NCBI GenBank assembly: GCA_951406725.2
Contig: OX597823.1
Span: forward strand, 35,588,001 to 35,652,000
Direction: 5' to 3'
DNA from: Octopus vulgaris
Taxonomy: Eukaryota
Length of the DNA: 64,000 nucleotides
The translations under genes and the position numbers were made by a program. Positions 38,612 through 51,351 of the stretch are shown in pieces. Under the pieces are notes generated by a model that worked only from the letters and a program-made list of their open reading frames with translations, was not told the DNA's origin and did not search any database. Every line of letters begins with the position of its first letter. The stretch's first letter is position 1.

Positions 38612-40557
38612 GGATGCGGTATACTGTCGAAGGCCTTTTTGTAGTCAATCCATGCGGTGCTGAGATTTCTGCGCTTGTTGTGACAGTTCTCAAGGATCAT
38701 ACGATTGATTAGCAGTTGATCTTTGCATCCGTAAGAGCCTCGGCGGCACCCTTTTTGTTCAATGGGGAAAATATCGTTCTTCTCCATGAATGCATATGTT
38801 TTCTCCGCCAGGATAGATGTTAGGATTTTATACGTGGTGGATAGACAGGTTATAGGCCGATAGTTTTTTGGAAGGTTAGTTTCGTTATTCTTTGGGAGTA
38901 GGTAAGTAATGCCACTTGCTAACCATTCAGGTGTTTTCTTTGGGTCTCTCATAATTCCATTGAGCAGCTGAACTAGCTTACCGTGTGCGCATGGGAGCGA
39001 TGCGAGCCAGAAATTCGGCACCCTATCTTTACCGGGGGATTTCCACTTATGGGCCTTCGTGAGTGCCTTTCTTAGGTCTGCTATTGTGATGTCTTCCCAT
39101 GCTTGTTGTTGTAAATTTTGGTAGGATCCTTCAGTTTGTATAATCCAGTCTGCATTTATGTTGTACGTCTTCTTGTCACTCCAAATCCTTTTCCAAAAGT
39201 TTTGAACTTCTTCCATGGGAGGGGGGTCTTTAACGGTTACTTTCTCCTTCCCTATTTCTCTGTAGAATTTTTTGGCATTGGATGTGAACAGCTTATTTTG
39301 CTTGTAAAACTTGTTTCTCTTCTCAAATCTTCGTATTCTTTGGGCTTTTGCTTGGACTTTTTGTTTCAGCGTTTCTTTTATTGATATCAGTTCTTCTCTT
39401 GGTGAGGATCCAAATTTTCTCTTCATCTTTCTTCCTGTTCTGGATCTTACATCATTTCCACATATTAGTTCATTTAATATTGATATTTCCCCTCTCATAA
39501 ATTCAATCTCTTTTTCAATTTTACTTCTCCAGGTTTGATTTCTTCCCAGGTTTTGTTTTCTTTGTTTTTTCGGGGGCATACAGCTGGTTTCAATTGCCCT
39601 AGCAGAAGCGTAAATAATTTCATTTAACTCAGTAAAATCAGGTTTTAATTCTCGTATTATTTCATTTGTTACATAGTTGCCAATTTGGATTTGTTTTTTA
39701 TTTTGGTTTGTATTTGAGAGTATTACAACTTCAAGCGTATTCAGGATTTTCTGCCTCATTTCTGCCATAGACTCTCTGTGTTCTTCAGCAAATGCGAGAT
39801 CTTCAGTTACTGTTGTTTTTTCGTTTTCCTGGCTATCTTTAACAGGTACAACTTCAAACGTATTCAGGATTTTCTGCCTCATTTCTGCCATAGACTCTCT
39901 GTGTTCTTCAGCAAATGCGAGATCTTCAGTTACTGTTGTTTTTTCGTTTTCCTGGCTATCTTTAACAGGTACAATAGAATTTCTTGTATCTTCAGGCCTT
40001 TGCGTACTTTGGTCAGATGGCAATCTTTCAATTAAGCCTCGTGGCGGGCTATACTGTTCATCTGATTCTTCATTTCCTTTGTGTCTTATATTTATGTCAT
40101 TTTTCGTTGCGTGCTTGATCGCGCTTATTTCACTGTCTGTGAGTCTGTTATTTCTAAGGATATCCCTCCTCACATTTGCTAATTTGTTCTCGTCCAAATA
40201 GGGCCTACTGTCTTGATTCCGTGTTCTCCATATACTGTAAGAGTTTGCGGTGTGTCTCTCTTGAGATGGCCTACCTAATGCATAGTAATAAGCGTATATT
40301 ACTTCTTTATACTCTTCTCGGGTCCATTTGTTCCGCTTACATTTTTCTTTCTGTGGTGGTTGTGGTGGTGAACTTGGAGGGCTCGAGTTGGGGGATTTCC
40401 CGTTCAAGTGACCATCCATGTCCGTATTCGGAGAAGAGTTTGTGCCAGTTGATGACTTTTCGATCCCAGGCTGGCTCTTCCCTGGGGGACGCGCTTCCAG
40501 ATTAACCATAGGACAAGCGATTTGGTATACTAATTTAGTTTTCCTTTTAGTTTCCAA
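38569..40557 (-). CDS. RLE-LINE ORF, N-terminal part and start of RT
   Basis: WKSPGKD, NYRPITCL, EQKGCRR, WIDYKKAFDSIPH; in-frame 123-bp tandem duplication at 39724-39974. Confidence 0.9.
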   Translation of the reverse strand: METKRKTKLVYQIACPMVNLEARPPGKSQPGIEKSSTGTNSSPNTDMDGHLNGKSPNSSPPSSPPQPPQKEKCKRNKWTREEYKEVIYAYYYALGRPSQERHTANSYSIWRTRNQDSRPYLDENKLANVRRDILRNNRLTDSEISAIKHATKNDINIRHKGNEESDEQYSPPRGLIERLPSDQSTQRPEDTRNSIVPVKDSQENEKTTVTEDLAFAEEHRESMAEMRQKILNTFEVVPVKDSQENEKTTVTEDLAFAEEHRESMAEMRQKILNTLEVVILSNTNQNKKQIQIGNYVTNEIIRELKPDFTELNEIIYASARAIETSCMPPKKQRKQNLGRNQTWRSKIEKEIEFMRGEISILNELICGNDVRSRTGRKMKRKFGSSPREELISIKETLKQKVQAKAQRIRRFEKRNKFYKQNKLFTSNAKKFYREIGKEKVTVKDPPPMEEVQNFWKRIWSDKKTYNINADWIIQTEGSYQNLQQQAWEDITIADLRKALTKAHKWKSPGKDRVPNFWLASLPCAHGKLVQLLNGIMRDPKKTPEWLASGITYLLPKNNETNLPKNYRPITCLSTTYKILTSILAEKTYAFMEKNDIFPIEQKGCRRGSYGCKDQLLINRMILENCHNKRRNLSTAWIDYKKAFDSIPHPWILRSLVIFKISL

Positions 40558-40947
40558 AAATATTTTGGTGCTACGATAATGTTATCATTTTTTAGCTTTG
40601 ATTGGCTCGTGGGGAGACGGCCATCATTGCCGTTACAATTATAATCGTACCATTATAGCAGCCGTATTCTTATCATCACCATATTATGGTGTAGTTATTA
40701 TCATCACCATTACCATCACTATCATCCTTATCACCACCACCACCATCATCACTATCATCATCACCATCACCATCACCACCATCATCATCAATGATATTGT
40801 TTTATGTGTAGTCACAGCAGTATCTTATTATTGTTATTTTTGTTTTTTTAATCATTATCACCATCACAGTAGTGTCTGTCTGTCTCGTTTGCTGGCTTGG
40901 TGGTTGGCTGGCTGACTGTCTTCAACACCAGAGTGTTGAAGACAGTC

Positions 40948-40998
<51 letters not shown>

Positions 40999-41000
40999 GC

Positions 41001-41200
41001 TAAGGCAGCCAGCTAGCAGAATCGTTAGCACGCTGAACGAAGTGCTTAGCGGTATTTTGTCCGTCGCTTCATTCTGAGTTCGAATTCCTCTGAGGTCGAC
41101 TTTGCCTTTCATCCTTTTCGGGTCCATAAATTAAGTACCAGTAAAACACTGGGGTCGATGTAATCGACTATCCCTCTCTTCAAAATATCAGGCTATGTGG
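41001..41200 (+). mobile_element. tRNA-derived SINE with Nin/Deu-like central domain
   Basis: TAGCAGAATCG A-box-like, GAGTTCGAATT B-box-like, GCCTTTCATCCTTT..GG..ATAAA..AGTACCAG; related minus-strand piece at about 56400-56535. Confidence 0.7.
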
Positions 41201-41204
41201 TGAG

Positions 41205-42400
41205 ACAGGACATTTGAGGGCTTTCTGCCCTTACCAGAAGACAGAAAACTATGGAAGTCCTTTACTGCCAGCATCAGGTCCCCCAAAGCCTACAAAAAAA
41301 ACATTAATGATCAGCATCAAAAGCAGCTCCAACCCCGGCATCAACGGCATCATCAACAACAGGAAAAACAATATCAGTAAATGCTGGTAGATTACCAACA
41401 CCAACAACAACAGCAACAATAGAAATCCCAGTATCTTCCTCAACATCAGCCACAGCTGCAACACCAGCAACTACAGCAACATCAGCAACACAAACAATAC
41501 CAACGACGCCAGCAACGAATGCACCACCATCACTCCCTTCAACAGCTGAAGGAATAATAAATATGGACACACATAGCACCTAGTAGCTCCCCCAACCAAA
41601 CTCTCCCACACCCCTCCTTCCGTCTACTTCAAGCCCAAATACGTTCATTGACTCACACCTCAATTCCATAAACATGGATTCATCTGCAACATGCAGTGAA
41701 TATGGAGGGTAACCCCCAAAACCAATACGAAAACTAAAAGGAATCACAAGAAAACGTCATGATCTACATCAACACACACACACATCAGAAAACATAGCAA
41801 ACAAACACACCTACAGAATCAACAACCCCTCCAGCACTGCAATCACAAACAGTTCCAACAACACTAGCTCAACTGCAACAACCGCCCAAAAGAGAGCACT
41901 CGCAACAACAGCAATCAGCCACAGACACACACACCAAACTTCTTGGGAGTGAGGAGGACCAACAAATAATTGATGGATCTCATAGCGCGAAGGATGGAGG
42001 TCGAGAGAGAGGGTGTGATCTTGAGCACCATCCCTTTTCAAGTGCCAGAAATACTAGTATTGGTACGAATGCCCTTAGAAAGTTATGAAAATATTAGAGA
42101 GAGTTTTCCTCAAGAAGCGGGAATCACTAATGTAAAATCCACGAGTAGGCTTATCATGGGGTTCACCGAAGAACACCAACAACTGATGGACGTTGAGTCA
42201 GCTGACCTCCAGCGATAATCGGGGGTAAGTAGACGCCCTTTTGTATCTTCTTCAAATTCTGTCCGATCATCATTGTGTGTTTAAGAGTTGGTAATATAAA
42301 TGTTCGTGGTGCGATTGGGACGCCATCTTGGATGCCTGCCTGGATAGGGTGGGGCTAGCCAATAGGAGAGATGAGTGCAAAAGACTCAGAAAACTGTTCA
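41205..42400 (+). mobile_element. Possible decayed L1/Tx1-like ORF1 and ORF2 start
   Basis: Thr/Pro/Ala-rich coding-like tract followed by GNINVRG, resembling the start of an APE endonuclease. Confidence 0.3.
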
Positions 42401-43390
42401 GTCACTTTCAATTAGCTAACAGGTTCCGAACGATTTTCATAAATTCTTTTCCAGTTTCTACAAATATGCCCCCAGAATACTGTAACCTTACAACTGTCAT
42501 AAAATAATTTTGATGTCTAACTAATTAAAGTTTCGCTTTGGTTTATACGATAAATTCAAACACCTAAATTAACCATGTCGCTAATTAATGATATTGCTCT
42601 TCATGCTCCACATTTACGATGACAGATTGCCGAAAATGAAATATTCCACTGTCTGATATTACTTTCACCGTTAAACTGGTTTTGTATTTTCAATTTTGTA
42701 GTTCAGTTCTTTTAAGTACTATATCAGGTTTCTCGTGCCTTCACCCGATAACTTTTAGGTTAAGCCGTATTTAATATCGGTTTACTTCTGTTCTGATTCA
42801 TTTAGCTGAATATGAACCAGGAATGGTTTTCTCCGTCATAGTTTTGCTATTTTGAATTTATCTTTTTATTGATCCATTTAGTTTCTGTTTTATATAGTAT
42901 TGCGTCCTTCTTATACAGAAAAGTTGATTCTTACTTATTTTATAAACCCTCCTGCTAGTTATTCAATATCTGTTCTCTTTCAAATAATTTTCTAGTCTCA
43001 CTGTACTTTCTTCTATAATAATTATAAAATATGATAAGAACTCTTCATCTTTGTGTACGTAGCAGATATTTTCCATGAATGTCAAACTTTAAGTGGCTAA
43101 TTTCGATTACAGACAATAGCCTTCTGCTTTCATAGTTAAGCTTCCAATTTATTTAACTTCCAATATGTCATTTTCAAAATGCTGATTGTAATTGAGATAA
43201 CAAATTACTTTACACCTCATCTAATGTCTGAGATTAATTTTCATTATATCAGACTAACACTTTTCTAACAATCTTTCAAATTTTCTTCCTTATCTGTGCA
43301 TAATATATATCATACTTTGGGGAATTTGTTTTATTTATTTCACTCTTCACCATCATCATCGTCATTTTCATAATAATTCAAATTACGATG

Positions 43391-43449
43391 AACGTAAACA
43401 AACAAACGAAGTTTGCTTTAGAAGCGTTGAGATGTCTTAGAAAGTTAAA
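43391..43449. repeat. 59-bp exact direct repeat, copy 2
   Basis: Identical to 36250-36308. Confidence 0.9.
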
Positions 43450-43536
43450 GAAGTCATTTTAAATTGTCAAACGCAGGATAATGCTAATAATAATAATAAC
43501 AGGATAAACCACCCCTATTTTGCAGAAAAAAGTGTT

Positions 43537-43614
43537 AACGGCTGGCTATGAGATTCGAACTCACACCTCCGTGATTACGCGTCGCGGTGCTCTGAACCAT
43601 TAAGCTAAACCGTT
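43537..43614 (-). pseudogene. tRNA-like sequence (Thr-CGT-like loop); pseudogene or SINE head
   Basis: A-box TAGCTTAATGG, T arm GTGAG-TTCGAAT-CTCAT, loop CGCGTAA with G at position 33, duplicated AGCC before the acceptor 3' strand. Confidence 0.55.
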
Positions 43615-46299
43615 CGTTGTTATCATAAATGAATACATTTCCCAATAAAACGTGATAAACCACCTGGCCCACATCAGCAGATTCACGTACATTACAATTG
43701 ATTTATTTATCTCCTATTCGTGTATGTATTGTTTAGCAGAGTGGGCAGACAGCGCTATTTTATGTGTTGTAGGGATGGGGCAGTTTTCATAATTATTATA
43801 GCATATGTATTTGTGTTGTTCTAAATTTCTATTAATTATAACACGTAATTTCGCTGCAAATGTTTGATGTTTCAACCTCTACTATTTGTATAGGATTTTA
43901 CATTTAATAGTTTATTTAGGTATTCTGAAAAATATTTTTATCTACTGAAACTACTATTAGCAGGTCTTTACTACATATATATTTTATCGTAAATCTTACT
44001 GTACCAGGTTTTCTATTAAATCTGAGAATTTTGAAACAACTTGATCAAGTGTTTTTCTGCGAATTCGAATGATCTATAACCATCTGAGATCATATTTCAT
44101 GTCATATTCAGTGAGCAGCATACAAGAAAACCTTTAGTCATAATGTCAAAGTCAAATATATGATTTGTGCCTGTCTTTCATCGTTGCTTAAAGAAAATCC
44201 TCTTTTTGTTTTCTTTTTTGTTTTTCACACCGTCTGTCTAATATAATATTCTGAAATATTTTATTTCATTGTTTTTTAAATCTTTCCCCCAAAAGATTCT
44301 CTTCTTTTTTTCATGTTCTCTTCTCTATTCTCTCTTTTATTTTACACACCTTTCTTGGAAATAGGGAAGCCGATATTATTTCATTATTTATTTCTTTTCA
44401 TGCATATACTGCTGTCTACTAAATATGTATGTAAACATGCCATGTGTGTGTATGTATGCATGTATATAATATATTTATATGTGTGTGTGTGTGTAATATA
44501 CATATATGTGTGAGGTGTTTGTTAATATATATAGTTCTTTAGTTGTAGATGTTGATTTCACATCCTATAATGACAATATTTTCAAATTCGTATTCTAAAT
44601 TCTGCCACCACTGTTTATATTGATGTTGTTTTAGTATCAAATCTCATCAATTGTCTATCTTCGGAGTGATTGCAATAAAACTGTTCATTACTTATGATAC
44701 AATTCAGCCTGTTATTGTATCATAAAGAGTTAATCTTATAATTCATTTAATTTCATATGTTTATACTGTGCCTGGATTATTTTTTCTTTTATATTTTCTC
44801 TTTTAATTATTCAATTAATTACTTTATTTTTTACTGATGACGTAATTGTGGTTCTGATACAATAATTATCAATACTAAAATTGGGGCAATAACTCACCAA
44901 ATCCACTCAGCTGGCAGATTGCAAAGGAAGGAAAGAAGTCAGAGGGAAGCCAGCAATGACTTAAAAATCTCTAGATTAAGGGTAGAAAGAGAAAAGCTGA
45001 TTCTAGATGAGAGAGGTTTGTAGGTCAATGCCTACCTTCAAAAACCAACCTAATGAAACATCAGCATGAAGACTATAGAGACGGGAAACCTGAGCAATTG
45101 ACAACATCTTTTGTAACAACCAGGTCCTCGTTTAAGTATATTCACATTTACGATATATTCACATTGCGAATATATTCACATTTCTGATTGACTTAGTATT
45201 CGGTGGCTAACATTGCGACTCTTTGATGCGAAAACTAAGAGTTTGGACAAGCCAGTTCAAAAACCAACATGTGAAAACGATATGACTATGATATTCTGGA
45301 GCATTCTAGTTCAAACAAGATTGAGGAACGTGTGGCGGAGGGACTGTGTAAATATAACAAAACTGTGGATTGGTAATTTATGTTTTCTAATAGATATCTA
45401 GATAAGTTTCTGAGAAAAATGCAATCCACGTGACAGATTCTTGAACTGGAAATAAACAAGTTGAGGGGTTAATAAGTCAAAGAACAAGGGGAATTAAATA
45501 AAATTAACAACGCCATAACAACGTATCAGGTTTTACATATACTAAAACGAATATCATATAAGTCGCCGTTGAGTTTTAATTCAGCAGTTCGAGTTATCCC
45601 GTACAAAATCTATAAACATTCGGCAAAATCACCATTCAATAGCACAACCCACAAAACACAACGAATCCTTAATAACACAATATTCACTCTTAAATGAGAT
45701 CTGATACTGTAAGACATCTCTCATACTACCAATGACTCCCAATGCACAATCTACACTTGTGCCAGCGCAATCCACTTAAAATTCCCGATCATACTCTAAT
45801 CAATCATCAACAGGAAATAAAACGCGCAACATAACTTACCCAGTATATACAAAAATAACACACCAAAATAACACAACTCACACATTCTAAACAATAAACT
45901 GATATAACACAGAAAAAAAAATTGACATGCACAAGAGACAGCTGTAATATATAAATACAATTAAGGTAGAATGCTTGGCGCAGTAGAAACTCGCATGTAA
46001 CTGTAGAAAACATCATGATGATGATGATGATGATGATGACGACGGTGACGTTAATGACGATATCGTCAACGAAAGCGATAAAAACAACAACAATGATAAC
46101 GATTTCGATTCCTTCTATTTACTACGAGGGTGATGGATGGGGAAGACAATCACCTAAATATGCATAAAATGCGGAAGCTGACAAAAACAGATTGAATGAG
46201 GAAGAATAAGATGGCACATAGAAATATATAAGTACATGTTTGCATGTGTGTGTGTGTTTACAGCATATAAGAAAGAAACAAATATCCAGAAAAAAACAC

Positions 46300-47950
46300 T
46301 TATAAACAAAATCAGTTGATTAATTAATCAATATCCAACCTCCTTCACAGATAAAGAAATGCACTATTTGCGCGATTCTAAAATTACAGAAAACAATTTC
46401 TACGGATTACCCTATATTCATAAGTGAACAGAAGAGCTAGTACATAAAAATATTAAGACCTTCAGATTTGAAATAGAGATGCATAGTTGCATGACCAAAT
46501 CTCCAATTCAACGACGAGGTCATTTTACACATACTTCTGAAAACCTTATGCCCATTAATATGGATGTATACGAGATGACATGGATGTTCTGAAATATATC
46601 TTATCTACTGTCACAGAAGGAACTATCTTAACGAGCTTCAGTGTTACTAACTTTTAAACAAACGTACCACACACATTGAGCCTGGGTAGAAAAACATAGG
46701 CAGATGATAAACGAACATTTCAAAACGGACCTTATCATCAAAGCTATACGCTTAGTACTTGAGGAGAATACCTTCAATGTTGATGGTAATACATATCGGC
46801 AAATAAAAAGTGAAGTGATGGGCATAAATTTACACCCACATATATTGGCTCGGTGATGGGGCTCTTAGAAGAAAATTTATATCGGAAGGTAGGGAAAACT
46901 TTTGTCCAAAATTTTAAGAAGTATGCTATAAGAAAATGGAAACGATTTATTTTGGAGTAGATATCAAATCATGAATAACATATATTCCATAACATTCTGA
47001 ACACCCTTTATTCATTCATTAAACTCACAACAGAAATCAGTTACCTAGCGTTCTTAGAAATTCGCGTAAAAATATGTAACTCAATAGTAACAACAGATAT
47101 ATTTTACAAAAAGACAATATTTGAATTTTTACTCTTACCATGCCTCACACATCAAACAGAAGAGTCCTTATAGTATGGCAAGATATATTTGTGCAATAGT
47201 GGTTGACCTAGATTTACGACAAATTCCATTTAATAAACTTAAAAGCTTCCTACAAACGTAACATAATTTAATAAATGGGATTATAAAAGCAATGAAACTA
47301 GATATCGTACAACTAAGGACCCCTATGAAAAAAGATGAGGAAACTACTATTCCATTATTAACACACATGAACTAGGAATGTTCAACATATTCAATACTAT
47401 AAATCTAAATTCACTAATGTTTTTCAAAACACAAAAATACAAAATGTTGTTGAAGAGAAACTCATAAAGTAGAGTAAACGTCAACCAAAAACAAAAATCA
47501 TCTTAGGAAAACACCTCACAAAGACAGAATTCACATTAGGGGATAATTTTGAATAGACAAATAGATGTAGTATATGCGGTAACAACAACAATTTCAAATA
47601 TTTGTTTACTGGTAATCATATAAAATTTTAAATTGGTTTCTTCTTTCAAATAAATGCAAACATTAATTATAAAACACAGAATCTAATATACTGCACATTC
47701 TACACCAATTGCAAAGAAATTATATTGGTGAGATTAGAAACTCCCTTTGTCAGTGTGCAACAATGCTTAGGCAACATATTAAATAAATGTAATTATGTAA
47801 TATCCTACTGAGCAAACATCTAGAAATATGCCGAAGCAACAATTTCAAGAACTTCCTGTTCCATAAATACCTGAGGGGTGATTCAATATAACGGAAGGAA
47901 ATTGAAAAGCATTTCATTAGCATATAATTCCCCCAAGTAAAAAGTGAAAA
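46300..47950 (+). mobile_element. Decayed Penelope-like element (RT plus GIY-YIG endonuclease)
   Basis: Frameshifted motifs (Y)IRDDMDVL, LVLEENTFNVDGNTYRQIK..VMG, TDIFYK, PYSMARYICAIV, NLIYC....C...YIGE. Confidence 0.8.
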
Positions 47951-48169
47951 AAAGTATATTTATAGAAAGAGACTAGCTATTTTGACCCGTGTTTCTCTCG
48001 GGTTTTGGTGGTGGTGGCAACCAAACGGTAGCTCCGAGCGACTTGCAACCCTCCTCACACCATTTCCCACCCCATTTTACCCCCCAGTGTAAATTTTGGC
48101 GCCAATCAGCATTTTGTTTTACTTGAAACGTCGCCTTTGTTTTGGTGCACAGACCTAACTCATGAGACA

Positions 48170-48965
48170 AAACTTCATAAATGTTTTTAAAATTTTATTT
48201 TTAATTTGTCTGACGACTTATTTGTATTGGAGTAAAACCCATTTACATTTTTTTTACACAAAAGATTTATGAGGAGGTCTCATAAGTTAAATAATTCCAT
48301 CCAGTCTGTTCCAAATAAATTCGTTGTATTATTCAACACAAAACCTTTGGTGTTTAAGGATTTTTCACGAAATGTAATGTCACTTATCATTTTGCTCTTA
48401 ACATGTAAGTTTTTCCTGGAACACCACGGGTAATTTTTGAAGTTTGTTTTAATCTAGATCTCCTGATTTAATTTTTTTTCCATGTATCGAGATATTATTG
48501 CAGTATCCAATTGTAACTTTACATTTGTGTTTACCTACACAAATTTCCTTTGAGGCTCGATCGTATTTCTTGTCAACAATAACTTGTTTACTTGATTTTT
48601 TTCTGTTGAACCGTTTTTTTAGGTTTTGTTTTACAGTGTGATTTTTTATGTCCTATCTTACCACACTTGAAGCATTTGGTATTTTTAAACGGTCATTTAC
48701 TTTTAAAATGTAGGCCACCGCACCCATAACATGGATTCGGTCTTGACATTTTTTCTCTTTTATTTTATCCGTTACCGGCCGACACGCATGAATATGTAAG
48801 CAATCATTTTCTTCAATTTTGTTAGCGTTATGTCTTAGATTTATAATCCACTGGCATTCTTCTGCTACTGCCTGTAGAGTTAAGCATTGGTCCTGTTCTA
48901 ATTTTGTTAATATCCGGGAACGTAATTCTGCATCTTTGCTTGCAGTTAGCCCTTGAACAAAAATC
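48170..48965 (-). mobile_element. Decayed Gypsy gag/protease fragment
   Basis: IFVQGLTASKDAELRSRILTKLEQD..LTLQAVAEECQ and KLQLDT protease-like motif. Confidence 0.7.
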
Positions 48966-48969
48966 TAGG

Positions 48970-50500
48970 GAACGCTATAAATATTTGGGCAGTATCATTA
49001 CTTAGATACTCAACAGCTCATGTAGATTAGACAAAAACTGAATTAGCAAAGCTAGACAGGAGAACTAGAAAAGAATTCAATACAAATGAAAGACTCCATC
49101 CAAGTATAGGAGCAGCAAGATTATACTTACCTAGAAAGGAAGCAGTTAATATCAATAGAAGACGGCGGGGAGTTAGCTAGTGTAGAGATAGACTCCTATG
49201 CAGGTAATAGTGAAGAAAGTTTATTAAGCGCTGCTAGAATCACACCAAAATATAGGGAAACCAAAACGCTTAAAGAAGTTAAAAACTAAAAAAAGGGAAA
49301 AAAGGTTATCTGACTGACAGGATAAGGCTTTGCATGGTCGATTCTCAAAGATAGTTGCAGCAAATAGTAGTGGTAAGACGTGACAATGTTTGCAGAAAGG
49401 AAAGCTGAAAAAGGGGACAGAAAGTTTGTTTGTAGTTGCATAAGATACAGCATTAAGAACTAATTGAAGAAAAGCAAAGACAGACAAAAAGCAAGTAATT
49501 TCCCAATGTAGGTTATGCAAATCAAAAGAAGAAAGCGTTACTCATATAGTAAGTGAATGTAGCCTGTTCGCACAGAAAGAATGCAAGAAAAGACCTGACG
49601 ACTTAAGGAGAGTAATCCACTGATGTAGAAAGCTAAGATTTGAACATTTAAAACCGGAAACGGGGCCTTGATCTGTGCTGCCCAAGGGCAAGCATTAAGA
49701 ACGGATTACATCAAATACAGAATAGACAACACATCAGAAAGTGATAAGTGCAGAATTTGTGGATAAAATGGTGAAACCGTATGGCATATTAATAGTCAAT
49801 GTACACCAGAAATTTCTGTCCCCTTTTTCAGCTTTCCTTTCTGCAACCGTAGCCATGTCTCACTAATACTATTTGCTGCAACTATCTTTGGGAATCTACC
49901 ATGCAACGCCTTCTACTATCAGTCAGATAATTTCTGTTCTTTTTTCTGGATTTTAACTTCGTTTGTGTTTTTCGTCTCCCATATGTTTTGTTTGACTCTA
50001 TCGGCTTTTAATAAACTTTCATCACTATTACTTACATAGGAGACTATATCTACTCGCCTTAACCCCACGCAGTCTTCTACTAATATTAACTCTCTTCTGC
50101 CTTCCTTTCCAGGTAAATATAATCTTGGTATCCCAGCACTTGGGTGGAGTCTTTCATTCATACTGAATTCCTTCTTAGTTCGTCTGTCCAGCTTCGCTAA
50201 TTCAATTTTTGTCCAATCTACAAAAGCTGTTGATTATCTAAGTAACGATACAGTCCAAATACCTATAGCCTTCACTAGCTTCGGACCATTTAGCTTCGAC
50301 TTCATTAGCTTCCTCACCCTTCTGATGTACTCCTTCTCAATTTTCGTTTTCATATCTATAGTTATTACTTTGTCTACTTATCTCTGCTCAGTTATTATAT
50401 CCATACCCATTTCTACCCAAAGTGTTTTACCATCCCTATTCTATAGCTCTATCTTTTAGGTTCTCTTTCTAGTAGCACTGCATTACTATCCTGTTTTCAT
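48970..50500. mobile_element. Two diverged RLE-LINE remnants in inverted orientation
   Basis: LHPS...RLYLP.KEG, LHGRF, CRLC/CRIC..E...HI..C on plus (48970-49810) and homologous region on minus (49810-50500). Confidence 0.75.
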
Positions 50501-51351
50501 CACTGGTCCACTTCCTCCTTCTTACTCTCCTATCTGCTAATGGAATATTAGGATAACAGCTGTGGTCAGTCTGCATTTTTACTGAAGCACTCCCGAGCAT
50601 GGGGCTTCCCCTTAAAGGTCTAGCTTCACTTTCGCTGTTACAACCAGAGTTCCTTCGGAAACTCGTCTCACATAAACTGAGCTAAATTAACTTTCGTCAC
50701 CAACATCATCACCACTATTATTTTTCGACTGCCATCTAATATTTTCAAGCAACTTTCTATTGCATTATTTGTTGCACACTTGTTCTGGTGGGGTTGTGTG
50801 TGCTGCATTTTTTTCTGAGGGAGGTATTGTATTAGTATATTTTGTTTGAGTCTTCTATTGTATTAGTTTTTGTATTGTGTGTTGCTTGTGCAGCGCAGTT
50901 TGTATTCTTTTGTCGGGTATCAGCCTTCTATGGCACATGTTGTAGACTTTGTTCCTTTTGTTGGGTATTTATTATTTTTAGTTTATTCCTGTATGTTTTT
51001 GGAGGAGTGTTGCATAGTAGTGTGTGTAAAAAATGAATAAATTATTTCATAACATTTATGGTTATCTGTCCGTAGTTCTTTGTCTTTTGGTTTACTGTTA
51101 ATCAGAAAATCTTATTCATTCTTTCATCTGCCCGCTTACAATCCGTGCTAATGGAGTATTGAAGTGGTTTAAGAGCCCTTTGGCGTCTACTTCTAGCGTG
51201 TTGGTGTAGTTAATCCACACCCTTTAATATAATTCTTTATATAATTATGAATTAGTATAAAATGTTAGCTATAAGGTTTTTATTTCACATTGCCCACTTA
51301 ATAAAATCATTAAAGTTATTTTATCCTTAATTCTATATGTAAAATATATAC

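Larger units (their letters stand above)
36620..40600 (-). mobile_element. Young, near full-length R4/Dong-type non-LTR retrotransposon
   Basis: Single long RT-RLE ORF broken by one frameshift near 38570-38610; 3' end abuts (TAA)n at 36593-36618; 5' limit approximate. Confidence 0.9.

Noticed and set aside
36250-43449. 59-bp target-site duplication flanking a 7-kb insertion
   Set aside because: The same old LINE continues on both sides of the first copy, and the enclosed DNA is a mix of unrelated elements
44834-44845. Isolated CTGATGA (also near 52936)
   Set aside because: No downstream stem II-GAAA-stem III arrangement; expected by chance
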